A DNA stretch of 64,000 nucleotides, taken from an uncultured Verrucomicrobiae bacterium. Its GTDB lineage: Bacteria; Verrucomicrobiota; Verrucomicrobiia; Chthoniobacterales; JAFAMB01. The stretch covers positions 288,001 through 352,000 of the forward strand of contig CAVXLD010000003.1 of assembly GCA_963762565.1 (NCBI GenBank). Reading direction: 5' to 3'. The notes beneath the pieces were generated by a model. That model saw only the letters and a list, made by a program, of their open reading frames with translations, searched no databases and was not told the origin of the DNA. The translations under genes were made by a program, and so were the position numbers. Of the stretch, positions 18,618 through 28,126 are shown piece by piece; within the stretch, counting starts at the first letter, position 1; each line of letters opens with the position of its first letter.

Positions 18618-18938
18618 TTACCTCCGTTGCGGCGTTCTTCCGGAACGCAGCGCCGGGCTCCCCGGAGAACGCGGAGGTGCCTGCGGCATCTGATCCTCAA
18701 CGATCTTGGCGTGTGACGGCTCACCGTCCGCCGGTTTGACCGTCTCAACTTCGCCGCCGCGCTTGCGTACTATTTTAGCAGCCACAGTGAAACACATGGT
18801 CCGGTAGGGGTTGAGCCCGTCGTCAACAAGGACTAGCCGCTTACCCCTAAGATCTTTGCGGCCTCCTTTTTTTTCGGGAGGGAGACCAAGGTTTTGTAGC
18901 ATTGACTCGGCGTGCGTCTGAGCGCGTTTCCAGGACAT
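18618..18938 (-). CDS. Small hypothetical protein with a PRPP-binding-motif-like segment
   Basis: DLRGKRLVLVDDGLNPYRTM...AAKIVRKRGGEV resembles the type I PRTase loop; ATG at 18938. Confidence 0.45.
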   Translation of the reverse strand: MSWKRAQTHAESMLQNLGLPPEKKGGRKDLRGKRLVLVDDGLNPYRTMCFTVAAKIVRKRGGEVETVKPADGEPSHAKIVEDQMPQAPPRSPGSPALRSGRTPQRR

Positions 18939-18993
18939 ATCAGTGGCCCGGAAACTAGGACTACTGGGCGGCTGTCGCCAGAAAAAACTCCGT

Positions 18994-20103
18994 TCAAGCC
19001 GCGCTTGGCGCCGGACCGAGGGCCCGTACGGGTACGCTTCGAGCTTTCCAGTATTCCAATGACAGGCCGACCACAAATGCGATCAGGACCTGAATGAACA
19101 ACAGGAAGGTTGCAAAGGCGTCCACCGAGTGATGCCGCACGCTGATCCAGCCAATCACAAAGATCGATAAGCAGACTTCGGTGGAGAAGATCGGCAGCAT
19201 GTTTTGACCCACGGCGCTGAGAGGCCGCAAGTACTCTCTCCACCGGCGCAGGTACGGCAGGGCCTTAGCTGCAAACCAAGCCACTAAGAAGAAGTCGAGC
19301 AGTCGCAGGGGGCCGAGGTGCCACTTGTCGAGAAACCAGAACGTGCCACTCGCATCCACATTGAAATAGGCACAGGTCCATCGGCTGAGCGTAAATCCGA
19401 TCGTGATCACAAGTAGGACGGTCTCGGTGCGTCGCGAGAAGCGGAGAATGGGTTTCTCCTGCTGAAGCGAGCGCCCAAACATCAACCCGGTGACCCAAAG
19501 AAATTGCCAGGAAAAAAGATCAAATGGCCCAATTTGGACAAAGGCCAGGTCCCGGATCGGCGCCGTCAGGAACTCCCGCATATTAAACTGTGAGAGTGCC
19601 CAGACACCCAGGCTAGTCGCGAACACCGCTCTCCAGCTGAACCGGTCTGCCACCCAAAACGCCAGCGGTGTGAGCAGTGAAAAAATGACGTACATCGGCA
19701 AAATATCGAGCAACGGCGGTTGGAACAACAACGCTACGGACCCCGCCACTGCGAACGTCGGCGAATCAAAGAATTTATTGAGGATGTAGCGAATACCGGG
19801 CACCTCCGCCAAAAAGAGGCTCCCGACCGCGAACACGACAAACAACGTTATCAAATGCGCCCGGTAGATGCGTAGCGCTCGCTGCAGAGTAGCGGCTCGC
19901 GCAGCGGCGAAGCCTGACTTTTCTCTGCGCTTTTGGAAGATCAAGCCTGCCAAGAGCGCCGAAATAAAAACGAAAGGCTCGGCCGTGGAAAAGAATCCGA
20001 CCGCCTGGTCCGTGATCGCGCGTAGCGGGGTAGGCGAATGGTTAACCACCATCATCAGCAGCAGAAAACCCCGCAGAACGTCTAGTTCTACCATTCGCTT
20101 CAT
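18994..20103 (-). CDS. OpgC domain membrane protein (glucan succinyl/acyltransferase-like)
   Basis: LDVLRG...VVNH, GFFSTAEPFVFISA, LDILPMY, FDLFSWQFLW, LDKWHLGPLRL. Confidence 0.85.
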   Translation of the reverse strand: MKRMVELDVLRGFLLLMMVVNHSPTPLRAITDQAVGFFSTAEPFVFISALLAGLIFQKRREKSGFAAARAATLQRALRIYRAHLITLFVVFAVGSLFLAEVPGIRYILNKFFDSPTFAVAGSVALLFQPPLLDILPMYVIFSLLTPLAFWVADRFSWRAVFATSLGVWALSQFNMREFLTAPIRDLAFVQIGPFDLFSWQFLWVTGLMFGRSLQQEKPILRFSRRTETVLLVITIGFTLSRWTCAYFNVDASGTFWFLDKWHLGPLRLLDFFLVAWFAAKALPYLRRWREYLRPLSAVGQNMLPIFSTEVCLSIFVIGWISVRHHSVDAFATFLLFIQVLIAFVVGLSLEYWKARSVPVRALGPAPSAA

Positions 20104-20488
20104 AACAATCAGAAGTATTGAGATAGGCAGGACTTGTGCCATTCCGGCAGAGCTGATTCTTCCCCGTAACTCATGCCTTGAATTGTCCAGTCAGGTTGTA
20201 AATATCCTTCTTTCGATTGCGTTTTGCCACCCGCAGTTCGGCTGCCCAGTACTCCACTGCTGACGCAGAAACCCGCGTTGGGTCACAAAAGAGTTATGAT
20301 TTGCGGTTCACAGTTTGCGGTTGCCAGTAATGCGTCCAGGACGCAAGAAGCGAATATAGCACACGGTGGCATTGAACCTATAAGACTTTAGGATTACAGC
20401 GACGTTCACCAGAAAGGGTGAATGGCCCGAGGCTGACCGTGAACGGCCAAAGGCTAACTGCAAACCGCAAACTGCCAGCCCTGAACCC

Positions 20489-21256
20489 TTACTGCGTGGC
20501 CAGGTGTTTGGCGAAGTCGTCGCGCAGGAACTGGGCAATATCGCGCCGCAGGATCTGGTAGCCGTCGGTGCTGAGATGGAGCTGGTCGTTTCGGAAGAGC
20601 TTGATCAGAGGCTTCTTATCCGGCCCAAGTAAATCCGAATAGAGATCGATAAAATCGCAGCCAGGTTGTTGACTAATAAACTCGCGGACCAAAGCATTAT
20701 ACCGTTGGATGCTGGCCAGAAAACGCATTCGAGCGGGACACGCCTTTACTGACACAAAAGCAATGAACGGCTTCTGAGAACTATCAGCACCGTCACGTAG
20801 AATATGAAAGAGTTGGCAGAACGAATCGAATGCTTGTTCGGCCGATATCCCCAACGCCAGATCGTTGTCGCCGGCATAGAGGACCACGGCGGAAGGTTTG
20901 AGAGGTAGGATTAGGCGCGGCGCGAAGGTAACACAGTCGGCAATGCAGGCTCCGCCGAACCCGCAGTTCAGCACTTCATAAGACCGAAAGTCTTGTTCCA
21001 GGGATTTCCAGAGGCGAAACGAAGAACTGCCATAAAAAACGATTGGGCCTGGGGGCGGATCAAAGATGTTCGCCTCCAACCGCTCGATCTCTCTCTCGAA
21101 TCGGCTGCTATCGATCTGAGACTCAGACCATGTGTTACTTTCCTGACCGAGTAGGCGTCCTGCCCAAAGGAAAGTCAGTACGAGCAGGCCGGCGCTGCCT
21201 CCAAATACGAGGCTTCGTCGAAAAAGGCTTTGTTTTGAGGGGACCTGGCGAACCAT
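20489..21256 (-). CDS. SGNH/GDSL hydrolase
   Basis: FYGSSS, NCGFGG, YAGDND, DQLH blocks; start uncertain. Confidence 0.88.
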   Translation of the reverse strand: MVRQVPSKQSLFRRSLVFGGSAGLLVLTFLWAGRLLGQESNTWSESQIDSSRFEREIERLEANIFDPPPGPIVFYGSSSFRLWKSLEQDFRSYEVLNCGFGGACIADCVTFAPRLILPLKPSAVVLYAGDNDLALGISAEQAFDSFCQLFHILRDGADSSQKPFIAFVSVKACPARMRFLASIQRYNALVREFISQQPGCDFIDLYSDLLGPDKKPLIKLFRNDQLHLSTDGYQILRRDIAQFLRDDFAKHLATQ

Positions 21257-21698
21257 CGTTTCGTTTTCCGCGTACTCCACTGCATGCCGGTTTTGCCAGC
21301 AGGCAACACGTAGCAAGCGGAACCGCCCCCTTTTATAAGGGCAGACTTCTTCGCATGCAAGCGGACGCTGAACACAATTAATCGGCTATTTTCGCGCAGC
21401 GAGCGGTCGATGTGCAGGAGTCACCGCGCCTCGAGTCTTTGAGCGATCGCATCCACGACCTTTCGCTCAAGAACGCCTTTGCTTTGGAGCGGCAAATTTC
21501 AGCCTTGCCGTATTGGAACCCCAATTCATCCGGCGATTCGGCGTAAGCGGCGAGCTCGGTTAGCGGATGAGTCACGTCTCCGAGCGGCCACAGTCATCAG
21601 CGTGCGTGTCATGCTGCCGGTCTTACAAGAAATCGGACGGATTGGCGAAGGCGAACTGGTCAGTAAGCAGTAAGCAGTGCAGGAGCCAGGAGGTGGCG

Positions 21699-21924
21699 GG
21701 CCGGTAGGGCGAAAATCTCGGCGCGCCCGGGATGGACCACTTCTCTCGACGTTTACGCGCCGGATTTGAGCCAGGCGTGCGCGTTTCAACATCCAGGACA
21801 GCGTCGTTCCAGGACCATCGAGGCCAGCGAGATGGCAACTCCACCGTGCGGCTCAAATCCGGCGCGTATATGCGTGATCTCAATGGTCCGTCCGGGGCGC
21901 GCCGAGATTTTCGCCCTACCGGCC
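21699..21924. repeat. REPIN-like palindrome, family C
   Basis: Same TIR and inner stem as 18390-18610, flanked by (AGTAAGC)/(TTACTG) heptamer arms. Confidence 0.88.
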
Positions 21925-21998
21925 GCCTCCTCCTAGCTGCTAGCTCCTAAACTGGTTACTGTTTTACTGATCACTGATTACTGACTTTATTTGACGCT

Positions 21999-23117
21999 AT
22001 GAAAGCCGCTGTCCTGCAGGAGATGGGCCGCTCACGACCCTACATTGACTCAAAGCCGTTGATCATTGAAGAAGTCGATTTGGAACCTCCTGGGCCAGGT
22101 GAATTGCTTCTGCGGATTAAGGCCACCGGGCTCTGTCATTCGGATTTGTCAGTGATAAACGGAGATCGGCCGCGGCCGGTCCCGATGGTGATCGGACACG
22201 AGGCGGCGGGTGAGGTCGTTGAGTGTGGTGATGGAGTCACCGATTTACGGCCAGGGGATCAGGTGGTTCTGGCGTTTGTCCCGTCGTGCGGGGCATGCGT
22301 TCCCTGTATGGAAGGGCGTCCCGGATTGTGTGAACCGGCCGCAAAAGCGAACGTGGCGGGCACCCTCCTGTCTGGCGCCAAACGGATCTCCCGACATAAG
22401 GAACCGCTTTATCATCATTTAGGTGTCTCAGCGTTTGCCGAGTACGCAGTCGTTTCGCGCCGTTCCGCCGTGAAGGTAGACAATACCCTGCCGGCTCGGG
22501 AAGCCGCTCTCTTCGGTTGTGCGGTAATGACGGGCGTCGGCGCGGTCGTCAACACTGCGAAAGTGCCGGCTGGTTGCAACGTGGCGGTGGTTGGTCTTGG
22601 CGGGGTCGGATTATGCGCGTTATTGGCTGCTAATGCGGTAGGGGCCGCCGATATTGTCGCGATCGATACCAATCCGGAAAAGCTTACCGTCGCCGCGAAA
22701 CTAGGAGCGACCCGCACGGTTTTGGTGGGTCCCGATACAGTTAATGAGGTCCGCGACTTAACCCGGGGCGGGGTGGACTTCTCTTTTGAAATGGCGAGTT
22801 CGGTGCCTGCCTTGAAGCTCGCTTATGAGGTCACGCGAAGGGGCGGTACAACGGTGACTGCGAGCCTGCCGCATCCGACACAGCAATTGTCGATTTCGCC
22901 AGCCCAATTAGTGGCTGAAGAACGGACTTTGAAAGGGAGTTATGTGGGTTCCTGTGTGCCGGCTCGCGATATCCCAAGGTATATCGCTCTTTATCAGCAA
23001 GGAAAATTACCGATCGATAAATTATTGAGCGAGACCGTCGGCTTGGAAGAGCTGAATGAAGCGTTCGACCGTCTGGCAGAGGGTAAGTCCATACGGCAGG
23101 TGATGTGCTTCGCTTGA
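21999..23117 (+). CDS. Zinc-dependent alcohol dehydrogenase
   Basis: GLCHSD, GHEAAG, CGACVPC...C structural Zn site, GCAVMTG, GLGGVG. Confidence 0.93.
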   Translation: MKAAVLQEMGRSRPYIDSKPLIIEEVDLEPPGPGELLLRIKATGLCHSDLSVINGDRPRPVPMVIGHEAAGEVVECGDGVTDLRPGDQVVLAFVPSCGACVPCMEGRPGLCEPAAKANVAGTLLSGAKRISRHKEPLYHHLGVSAFAEYAVVSRRSAVKVDNTLPAREAALFGCAVMTGVGAVVNTAKVPAGCNVAVVGLGGVGLCALLAANAVGAADIVAIDTNPEKLTVAAKLGATRTVLVGPDTVNEVRDLTRGGVDFSFEMASSVPALKLAYEVTRRGGTTVTASLPHPTQQLSISPAQLVAEERTLKGSYVGSCVPARDIPRYIALYQQGKLPIDKLLSETVGLEELNEAFDRLAEGKSIRQVMCFA

Positions 23118-23302
23118 TTAGTGAGAAGTGATTGGTGAGAAGTGAGAGGTTGTCCAGGGCGAAACTAGTCAGTGGTAAGACCTAAGCGCAGTATCTCTGA
23201 TGACGAATAGGACCTATGGGACCTATACGACCTATAGGTTGGCAAAGCCGCGATACGCCGCCAGGGGCTACCAATCACCAATCACCAATCACCAATCACT
23301 TC

Positions 23303-24268
23303 TCACCGCGGAGCGGCCTCACCGCGCAGCGTGAGCTCCCACGTCTCCGATGTCACCCGGGGCCCGAAATCCTCGTTACTGTAGGCGCCGATTAGTTTGA
23401 AACCGGCTTTCTTATAGATTGCTCGAGCGGCAGTAAGGACGTCCTGGGTCCAGAGCATGATCTTCTTGTAGCCTGTTTCCCGCGAAAAACGGATGCATTC
23501 TTCGACCAAACGTTTGCCGATGCCAAGGCCGCGAGCGGATGGTTCAACCAGCAGGAGCCGCAACTGGGCGACTCGTTTGGATTTTCTGACGAGCATGACG
23601 CAGCCGAGGATTTCGCCGGATCGTTCCGCTACCCAGCAGCGTTCGCAGGTCGGGTCGTAGTTCTTAAGAAAGGCGGCTGCGATCTCCATCACCAACTCTT
23701 CAAAGCCTTGGTGCCAGCCGTACTCTTGGCTGTAGAGAACAGCGTGCCGATAAACAATCCAGGCTAGGTCACCCGTACGATGGGTCCGGATAACATAAGG
23801 CTCGCTTGCTGGCGGCGGATCTCCGAGTGTGGATTGGATCCGGGACATGGCTTGCAAGACCCCGGCTAGCTGAGGATCGGTTAACCGCGCAAGCAGCGCA
23901 CCGGCTTGGTCCTCAGAGCGCGAATCCAGGGCGCTAACCGTTTTTTTCCCTTTGGCCGTCACTTGAATCACGCGTTGGCGGGCGTCTTGCTCTGCCGGAG
24001 ATCTCTTAATGAGCTCTTGTTCCTGAAGTTTGGCGAGAATGCGGCTGAGATAGCCCATATCGAATCCGAGGCTGGCACTGATCTCGCTAGCGGTGGTTTC
24101 CTCCCGCTGGGCTAACTCGTACAGGACGCGCGCCTCGGCCAAAGAAAACGGGCTTTGGAGATAGCTGTTTTCGAGGACGCCTATTTTCTGAGTGTAGAAA
24201 CGGTTAAATCGGCGAAATGCAGCGATGCGGGAGTCGGCTGGCGAAAGAGTAGGCGCTGGTGCAATCAT
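23303..24268 (-). CDS. Bifunctional MarR-HTH / GNAT N-acetyltransferase
   Basis: RRFNRFYT...EARVLYEL...DMGYLSRIL HTH; QLRLLLVEPSARGLGIG acetyl-CoA motif. Confidence 0.9.
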   Translation of the reverse strand: MIAPAPTLSPADSRIAAFRRFNRFYTQKIGVLENSYLQSPFSLAEARVLYELAQREETTASEISASLGFDMGYLSRILAKLQEQELIKRSPAEQDARQRVIQVTAKGKKTVSALDSRSEDQAGALLARLTDPQLAGVLQAMSRIQSTLGDPPPASEPYVIRTHRTGDLAWIVYRHAVLYSQEYGWHQGFEELVMEIAAAFLKNYDPTCERCWVAERSGEILGCVMLVRKSKRVAQLRLLLVEPSARGLGIGKRLVEECIRFSRETGYKKIMLWTQDVLTAARAIYKKAGFKLIGAYSNEDFGPRVTSETWELTLRGEAAPR

Positions 24269-24284
24269 GGCGATAAAGTAAATA

Positions 24285-24324
24285 TAGTTGATAGAGTCAA
24301 CTAAATAGTTGACTAAGTCAAATA
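24285..24324. promoter_or_regulatory. Tandem palindromic operator, probably bound by the MarR-GNAT protein
   Basis: TAGTTGA-TAGAG-TCAACTA (24285-24303) and TAGTTGA-CTAAG-TCAAATA (24306-24324), AT-rich, just upstream of the ATG. Confidence 0.7.
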
Positions 24325-24384
24325 ATTGAGAAGACCGCCTGCTCGTTTCGAAGGAGCTAGGAGGCCGGTAGGGGCGCGCCACGG

Positions 24385-24552
24385 GCTCGTAATCGTCCTC
24401 GTCCTCGTCCTCGAGACGTGTGTTTTATGTGGGTATTTTCGAGTTACCGACGAAACTTGATCCTCGCGAATACGTCTCGGTTTGTCACATCGGTGCTCCT
24501 AGCGCGCGCCTTATCGAGAACGAGGACGACGACGAGGACGAGAACGATTTCT
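24385..24552. repeat. (TCGTCC)n / (GACGAG)n inverted tandem repeat element
   Basis: TCGTCCTCGTCCTCGTCCTCGA ... TCGAGAACGAGGACGACGACGAGGACGAGAACGA. Confidence 0.7.
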
Positions 24553-24571
24553 AAAGCGCCTCTCCTCGCTC

Positions 24572-25870
24572 CTAGATCCTAGCTTCTAGCTCCTCCGGAC
24601 GAGCAGGCGCTGGTGCCGGTTCAGGCTGCAAAGTTAACTGCGGCACCAATTTGCCGGTGCGACCTTGGAGATAGACCAGGAAGTAAAAGAGCTTCATCAC
24701 CAATTTTTCCTGGATCGTCCGTGGTGGGTTACCTCCTAGAACTGAGTTCACTATCGGCACCATGTTCAACATTTCCCGCGGATGGAGAAAGATCTCGATG
24801 AACTCTTTGGTGTACCAAGCCGAAGTTAGCTTCAGGTATGAACCCAAGCGTTTTTGCACTGCGCGATCGTACCGGCGATAGGCAGCGCTTTTCTTCCCCG
24901 GATCGTTTAGCACGGTATTGATGGTCTCACCGGCTTTCTCGCCGGAATAAATGGCGATGTAGATGCCACTGCTGAAAACCGGGTCCAGGAAGCCCGCGGC
25001 ATCTCCGGCCAAAAGCCAACGGTTTCCCGTGAGCTGGCTTACCGCATAGGAGAAATCCGCCGTCGCAAACACCGGCATGTAGCGGGTCGTATTTTCTACC
25101 CATTTCCGCACCTCGGGTTGCTCTTCGATGGTTCGATTAAGAGCGTCCTCCGGGGAAAGTTTGAGCCGGTTGAATTTCTCTAAGTCCATCACCACGCCAA
25201 CGCTGATTTTTCCGTCGGCGATCGGGATGACCCAAAACCAGCCTTCGGCGCCTCGGATCATGCGGGTGTAGGCGTCCTCCGGGTCGTTCGATTTTGTGCT
25301 CCGTTGATAGTAAGAAAAAACAGAGAACTTCTTCAGATGAGGGAAAGGTTGCTTGAGGCGAAACCGGTTAGCGAGCAAGCTGCTTCTCCCAGTGCAGTCG
25401 ATCACGTAAGAAGCGTGAGTGGGTGCCGGATTATCCTTACATTGGAGGGTCGCGCCTTCGGGGGTGAACTCGACCGACTCTACCCTGGTCTCTTCCCTGA
25501 CTTCGCAGCCTAAGCTCTGGGCGTGCCTGAGCAGGATATCGTCGAAAGTCATCCGATCGATCTGATAGGCCGTTTTCCAGCGCGGATTGAGCGCGTTACG
25601 GAAGAAGAACTTTGCCCGGGCGCCGCCACAAGCTGAAACGATCTCACCGCCGTGCTTGGTGAGAAAACCGGCTTGGTCAATCTTCTCTTTGACCCCGATC
25701 CTTTGCAGTGTCTCTAAGCTGGCTGGAATGGTGGATTCGCCAACCTGAAATCTGGGAAATTTTTCCCGCTCAAAAATGACGACGGTACGTCCGTGTCGAG
25801 CCAGCACTGACCCGGCGACACTCCCAGCCGGACCTCCTCCAATAATTGCGACATCAAAATGAGAAGACAT
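24572..25870 (-). CDS. Flavin-dependent halogenase-like NAD(P)/FAD oxidoreductase
   Basis: IIGGGPAG, FPRFQVGES, GFLTKHG, GWFWVIP, GDAAGFLDPVFSSG. Confidence 0.8.
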   Translation of the reverse strand: MSSHFDVAIIGGGPAGSVAGSVLARHGRTVVIFEREKFPRFQVGESTIPASLETLQRIGVKEKIDQAGFLTKHGGEIVSACGGARAKFFFRNALNPRWKTAYQIDRMTFDDILLRHAQSLGCEVREETRVESVEFTPEGATLQCKDNPAPTHASYVIDCTGRSSLLANRFRLKQPFPHLKKFSVFSYYQRSTKSNDPEDAYTRMIRGAEGWFWVIPIADGKISVGVVMDLEKFNRLKLSPEDALNRTIEEQPEVRKWVENTTRYMPVFATADFSYAVSQLTGNRWLLAGDAAGFLDPVFSSGIYIAIYSGEKAGETINTVLNDPGKKSAAYRRYDRAVQKRLGSYLKLTSAWYTKEFIEIFLHPREMLNMVPIVNSVLGGNPPRTIQEKLVMKLFYFLVYLQGRTGKLVPQLTLQPEPAPAPARPEELEARI

Positions 25871-26220
25871 TCTCGCGAGAAAATAGAGGAGGAGAGGGCG
25901 GCAGTCGAATAAAGTAATCAGTAATCAGTAATCAGAATCAGTAATCACTAATCGGTGATTGGTGATTGGTGATTGGTGATTGGTGGCGGGACGTGGTCGA
26001 AGGTTCACGGTGATATCGGCGTTGATGGCGTTCTCTATCAGCGATACATAGGTCACATCAGTCCCATTAAGCCTGCCGCGCCGTAGGCTTGGCGGAGGCG
26101 GGTCCCATCCGGGCCAGACCTGCGAGTCTAGTTTTACACATAATGTCCCGATTCCAGTGAGTTGTTCGTCGTCTCCGTGAAAGGACTGTGGGTCCAACAG
26201 ACAGAGAAACCAGAATACTT

Positions 26221-26697
26221 ATGCAAAAAAAGATCATTCCATTTTTGTGGTTCGATGACCAAGCCGAACAGGCAGCGAATTTTTATGTCTCAATTTTCAA
26301 GAACTCCAAGGTGTTGAGTATCAATTATTACCCAAAGGAATCCGGCGGAAAAGAAGGGAGGGTAATGACCGTGAAGTTTGTGCTCGATGGCGAAGAATTC
26401 GTGGCCTTGAACGGCGGACCGCACTTCAGTTTTACCGAGGCCATCTCGTTTTGGGTCAAGTGTGATACCCAGGAGGAGATAGATTATTTTTGGGAAAAGT
26501 TGTCCGAAGGGGGGGAGACAAGTGAGTGTGGCTGGCTAAAGGACAGATACGGGCTGTCTTGGCAGATCGTTCCTTCCTCGATTGAAGAATTAATTTCAGA
26601 AGAAGATCCAGCGCGAAAGGACAGAGTGCTGAAAGCAGTGTGGCAGATGCAGAAGCTGGATATTGCCACGCTGGATAAGGCGTACCGCGGGGAGTGA
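26221..26697 (+). CDS. VOC family protein (PhnB / 3-demethylubiquinone-9 3-methyltransferase-like)
   Basis: PFLWFDDQAEQAANFY, ALNGGPHF, CGWLKDRYGLSWQIVP. Confidence 0.92.
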   Translation: MQKKIIPFLWFDDQAEQAANFYVSIFKNSKVLSINYYPKESGGKEGRVMTVKFVLDGEEFVALNGGPHFSFTEAISFWVKCDTQEEIDYFWEKLSEGGETSECGWLKDRYGLSWQIVPSSIEELISEEDPARKDRVLKAVWQMQKLDIATLDKAYRGE

Positions 26698-26849
26698 GGG
26701 AAGTGATTGAGCGAGTGAGTCGTGCGAAAGGTCGGTGAGCGGTAGAGCGGTAGGCAGTTCGACCAAGGCTGAACGGCCGAGGGAGCCGCCGTACTACTGT
26801 ACTACTGTACTGCTTACCGCTTACCGCTTACCGCCCTTCGACCACGCCC

Positions 26850-27878
26850 TTAGGTAGTCAAACCAGCTCCCGCTCTGCTGCCTGCAAGAACGGTGCAATC
26901 TCCGTTAACCAGGTCGCCGAAGGTGGCAAAATCGACTTGCTGTTGGCCATCGCTCAAGGCTTCAGCGGGGTTAGGATGGACCTCGATTAGGAGGCCGTCT
27001 GCGCCCACCGCGACGGCGCCGCGACATAGCACCTTTACTAAGTCCGCCCGTCCACAGCCCTGGCTGGGGTCAACGATGACGGGAAGATGAGATTCTTTTT
27101 TGGCAACGGCGACGGCGGAAAGATCAAGAGTGTTACGAGTATAGGTTTCGAATGTCCGTATACCTCGCTCGCAAAGGAGGACGCGAGAATTGCCGTTTGC
27201 CAGCAGGTATTCGGCGGCAAGCATCCATTCTTCAATTCTCTGGTTCATGCCGCGTTTCAAGAGCACCGGTTTCTGGGACCGAGCACACTCGATCAGGAGC
27301 TGGAAATTTTGAGCGTTACGGGCGCCGATTTGGAGGATATCAGCGACTTCTGCCACGTGTTCAACGTCCCGTTCGCTAAGGACTTCAGTGATGATCTTGA
27401 GTCCGGTTTCCCGGCGAGCCACGTCCAAGATGCGCAGACCCTCCTTACCTAATCCCTGGAATTCATAAGGCGAGGTTCGCGGTTTGTAGGCGCCGCCGCG
27501 CAGAATGCTGGCGCCGCGTTTGCGAACCGCCCGAGCGGTAGCCAATAGCTGGTCTTCGGACTCCACGCTGCAGGGGCCCGCCATTATCACGAAATTCTTT
27601 CCTCCAACTTTAATTCCGTCGACGTCGACCACGGTATCGGTTCCGGCTGATTCTCGGCTGACGAGTTTGTAACGTTTTTGGACTCGCAGCACACGCTCTA
27701 CTTGAGTCAATGCGTTGAGCGATTCGAGTGTCTGATGAAAGCGTTCGTCGCCGATTGCCGCTACCACGGTTTGCAAAGCACCCCGGATCGGGTGGGGTGT
27801 ATAACCCAGCTTTGCCACCTCCTCTATAACGTCCTGGATCTCTTTCTCGGTCGAATGCGGCTTAAGGATAACAATCAT
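26850..27878 (-). CDS. aroF: 3-deoxy-7-phosphoheptulonate (DAHP) synthase, class I-beta
   Basis: AGPCSVES, RGGAYKPRTSPY, QIGARN, LLKRG, CERGIRTF, DPSQ, IEVHPNP; N-terminal regulatory domain; last ~16 codons look frameshifted. Confidence 0.93.
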   Translation of the reverse strand: MIVILKPHSTEKEIQDVIEEVAKLGYTPHPIRGALQTVVAAIGDERFHQTLESLNALTQVERVLRVQKRYKLVSRESAGTDTVVDVDGIKVGGKNFVIMAGPCSVESEDQLLATARAVRKRGASILRGGAYKPRTSPYEFQGLGKEGLRILDVARRETGLKIITEVLSERDVEHVAEVADILQIGARNAQNFQLLIECARSQKPVLLKRGMNQRIEEWMLAAEYLLANGNSRVLLCERGIRTFETYTRNTLDLSAVAVAKKESHLPVIVDPSQGCGRADLVKVLCRGAVAVGADGLLIEVHPNPAEALSDGQQQVDFATFGDLVNGDCTVLAGSRAGAGLTT

Positions 27879-28126
27879 GCGGAACCGAGCTCTTAGCACG
27901 AGAGCCCGGTTGTGAGAAGTGAGAAGTGATTGGTGAGACGTGAGAAGTGTGCTGGCGGTCACCTGGACGGTAGAGTGCTAGGAAACGGCAAGACTGATTA
28001 GTCCTAACCGCTTGCTTCGTGCTACCTCTCACTTCTCACTAATCACTTCTCACTTCTCACGCGTAAGCTCCCCTTGTGCTCCATCGCACACATCGGTATG
28101 ATCCTTGCTCCCCCCTTCAAATTCTT

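Noticed and set aside
21378..21673. Short ORFs between the GDSL gene and the family C repeat
   Set aside because: No motif or consistent coding signal
27879..27962. N-terminal extension of the aroF ORF (MTASTLLTSHQSLLTSHN...)
   Set aside because: It is a translation of the heptamer repeat; ATG at 27878 gives a normal start
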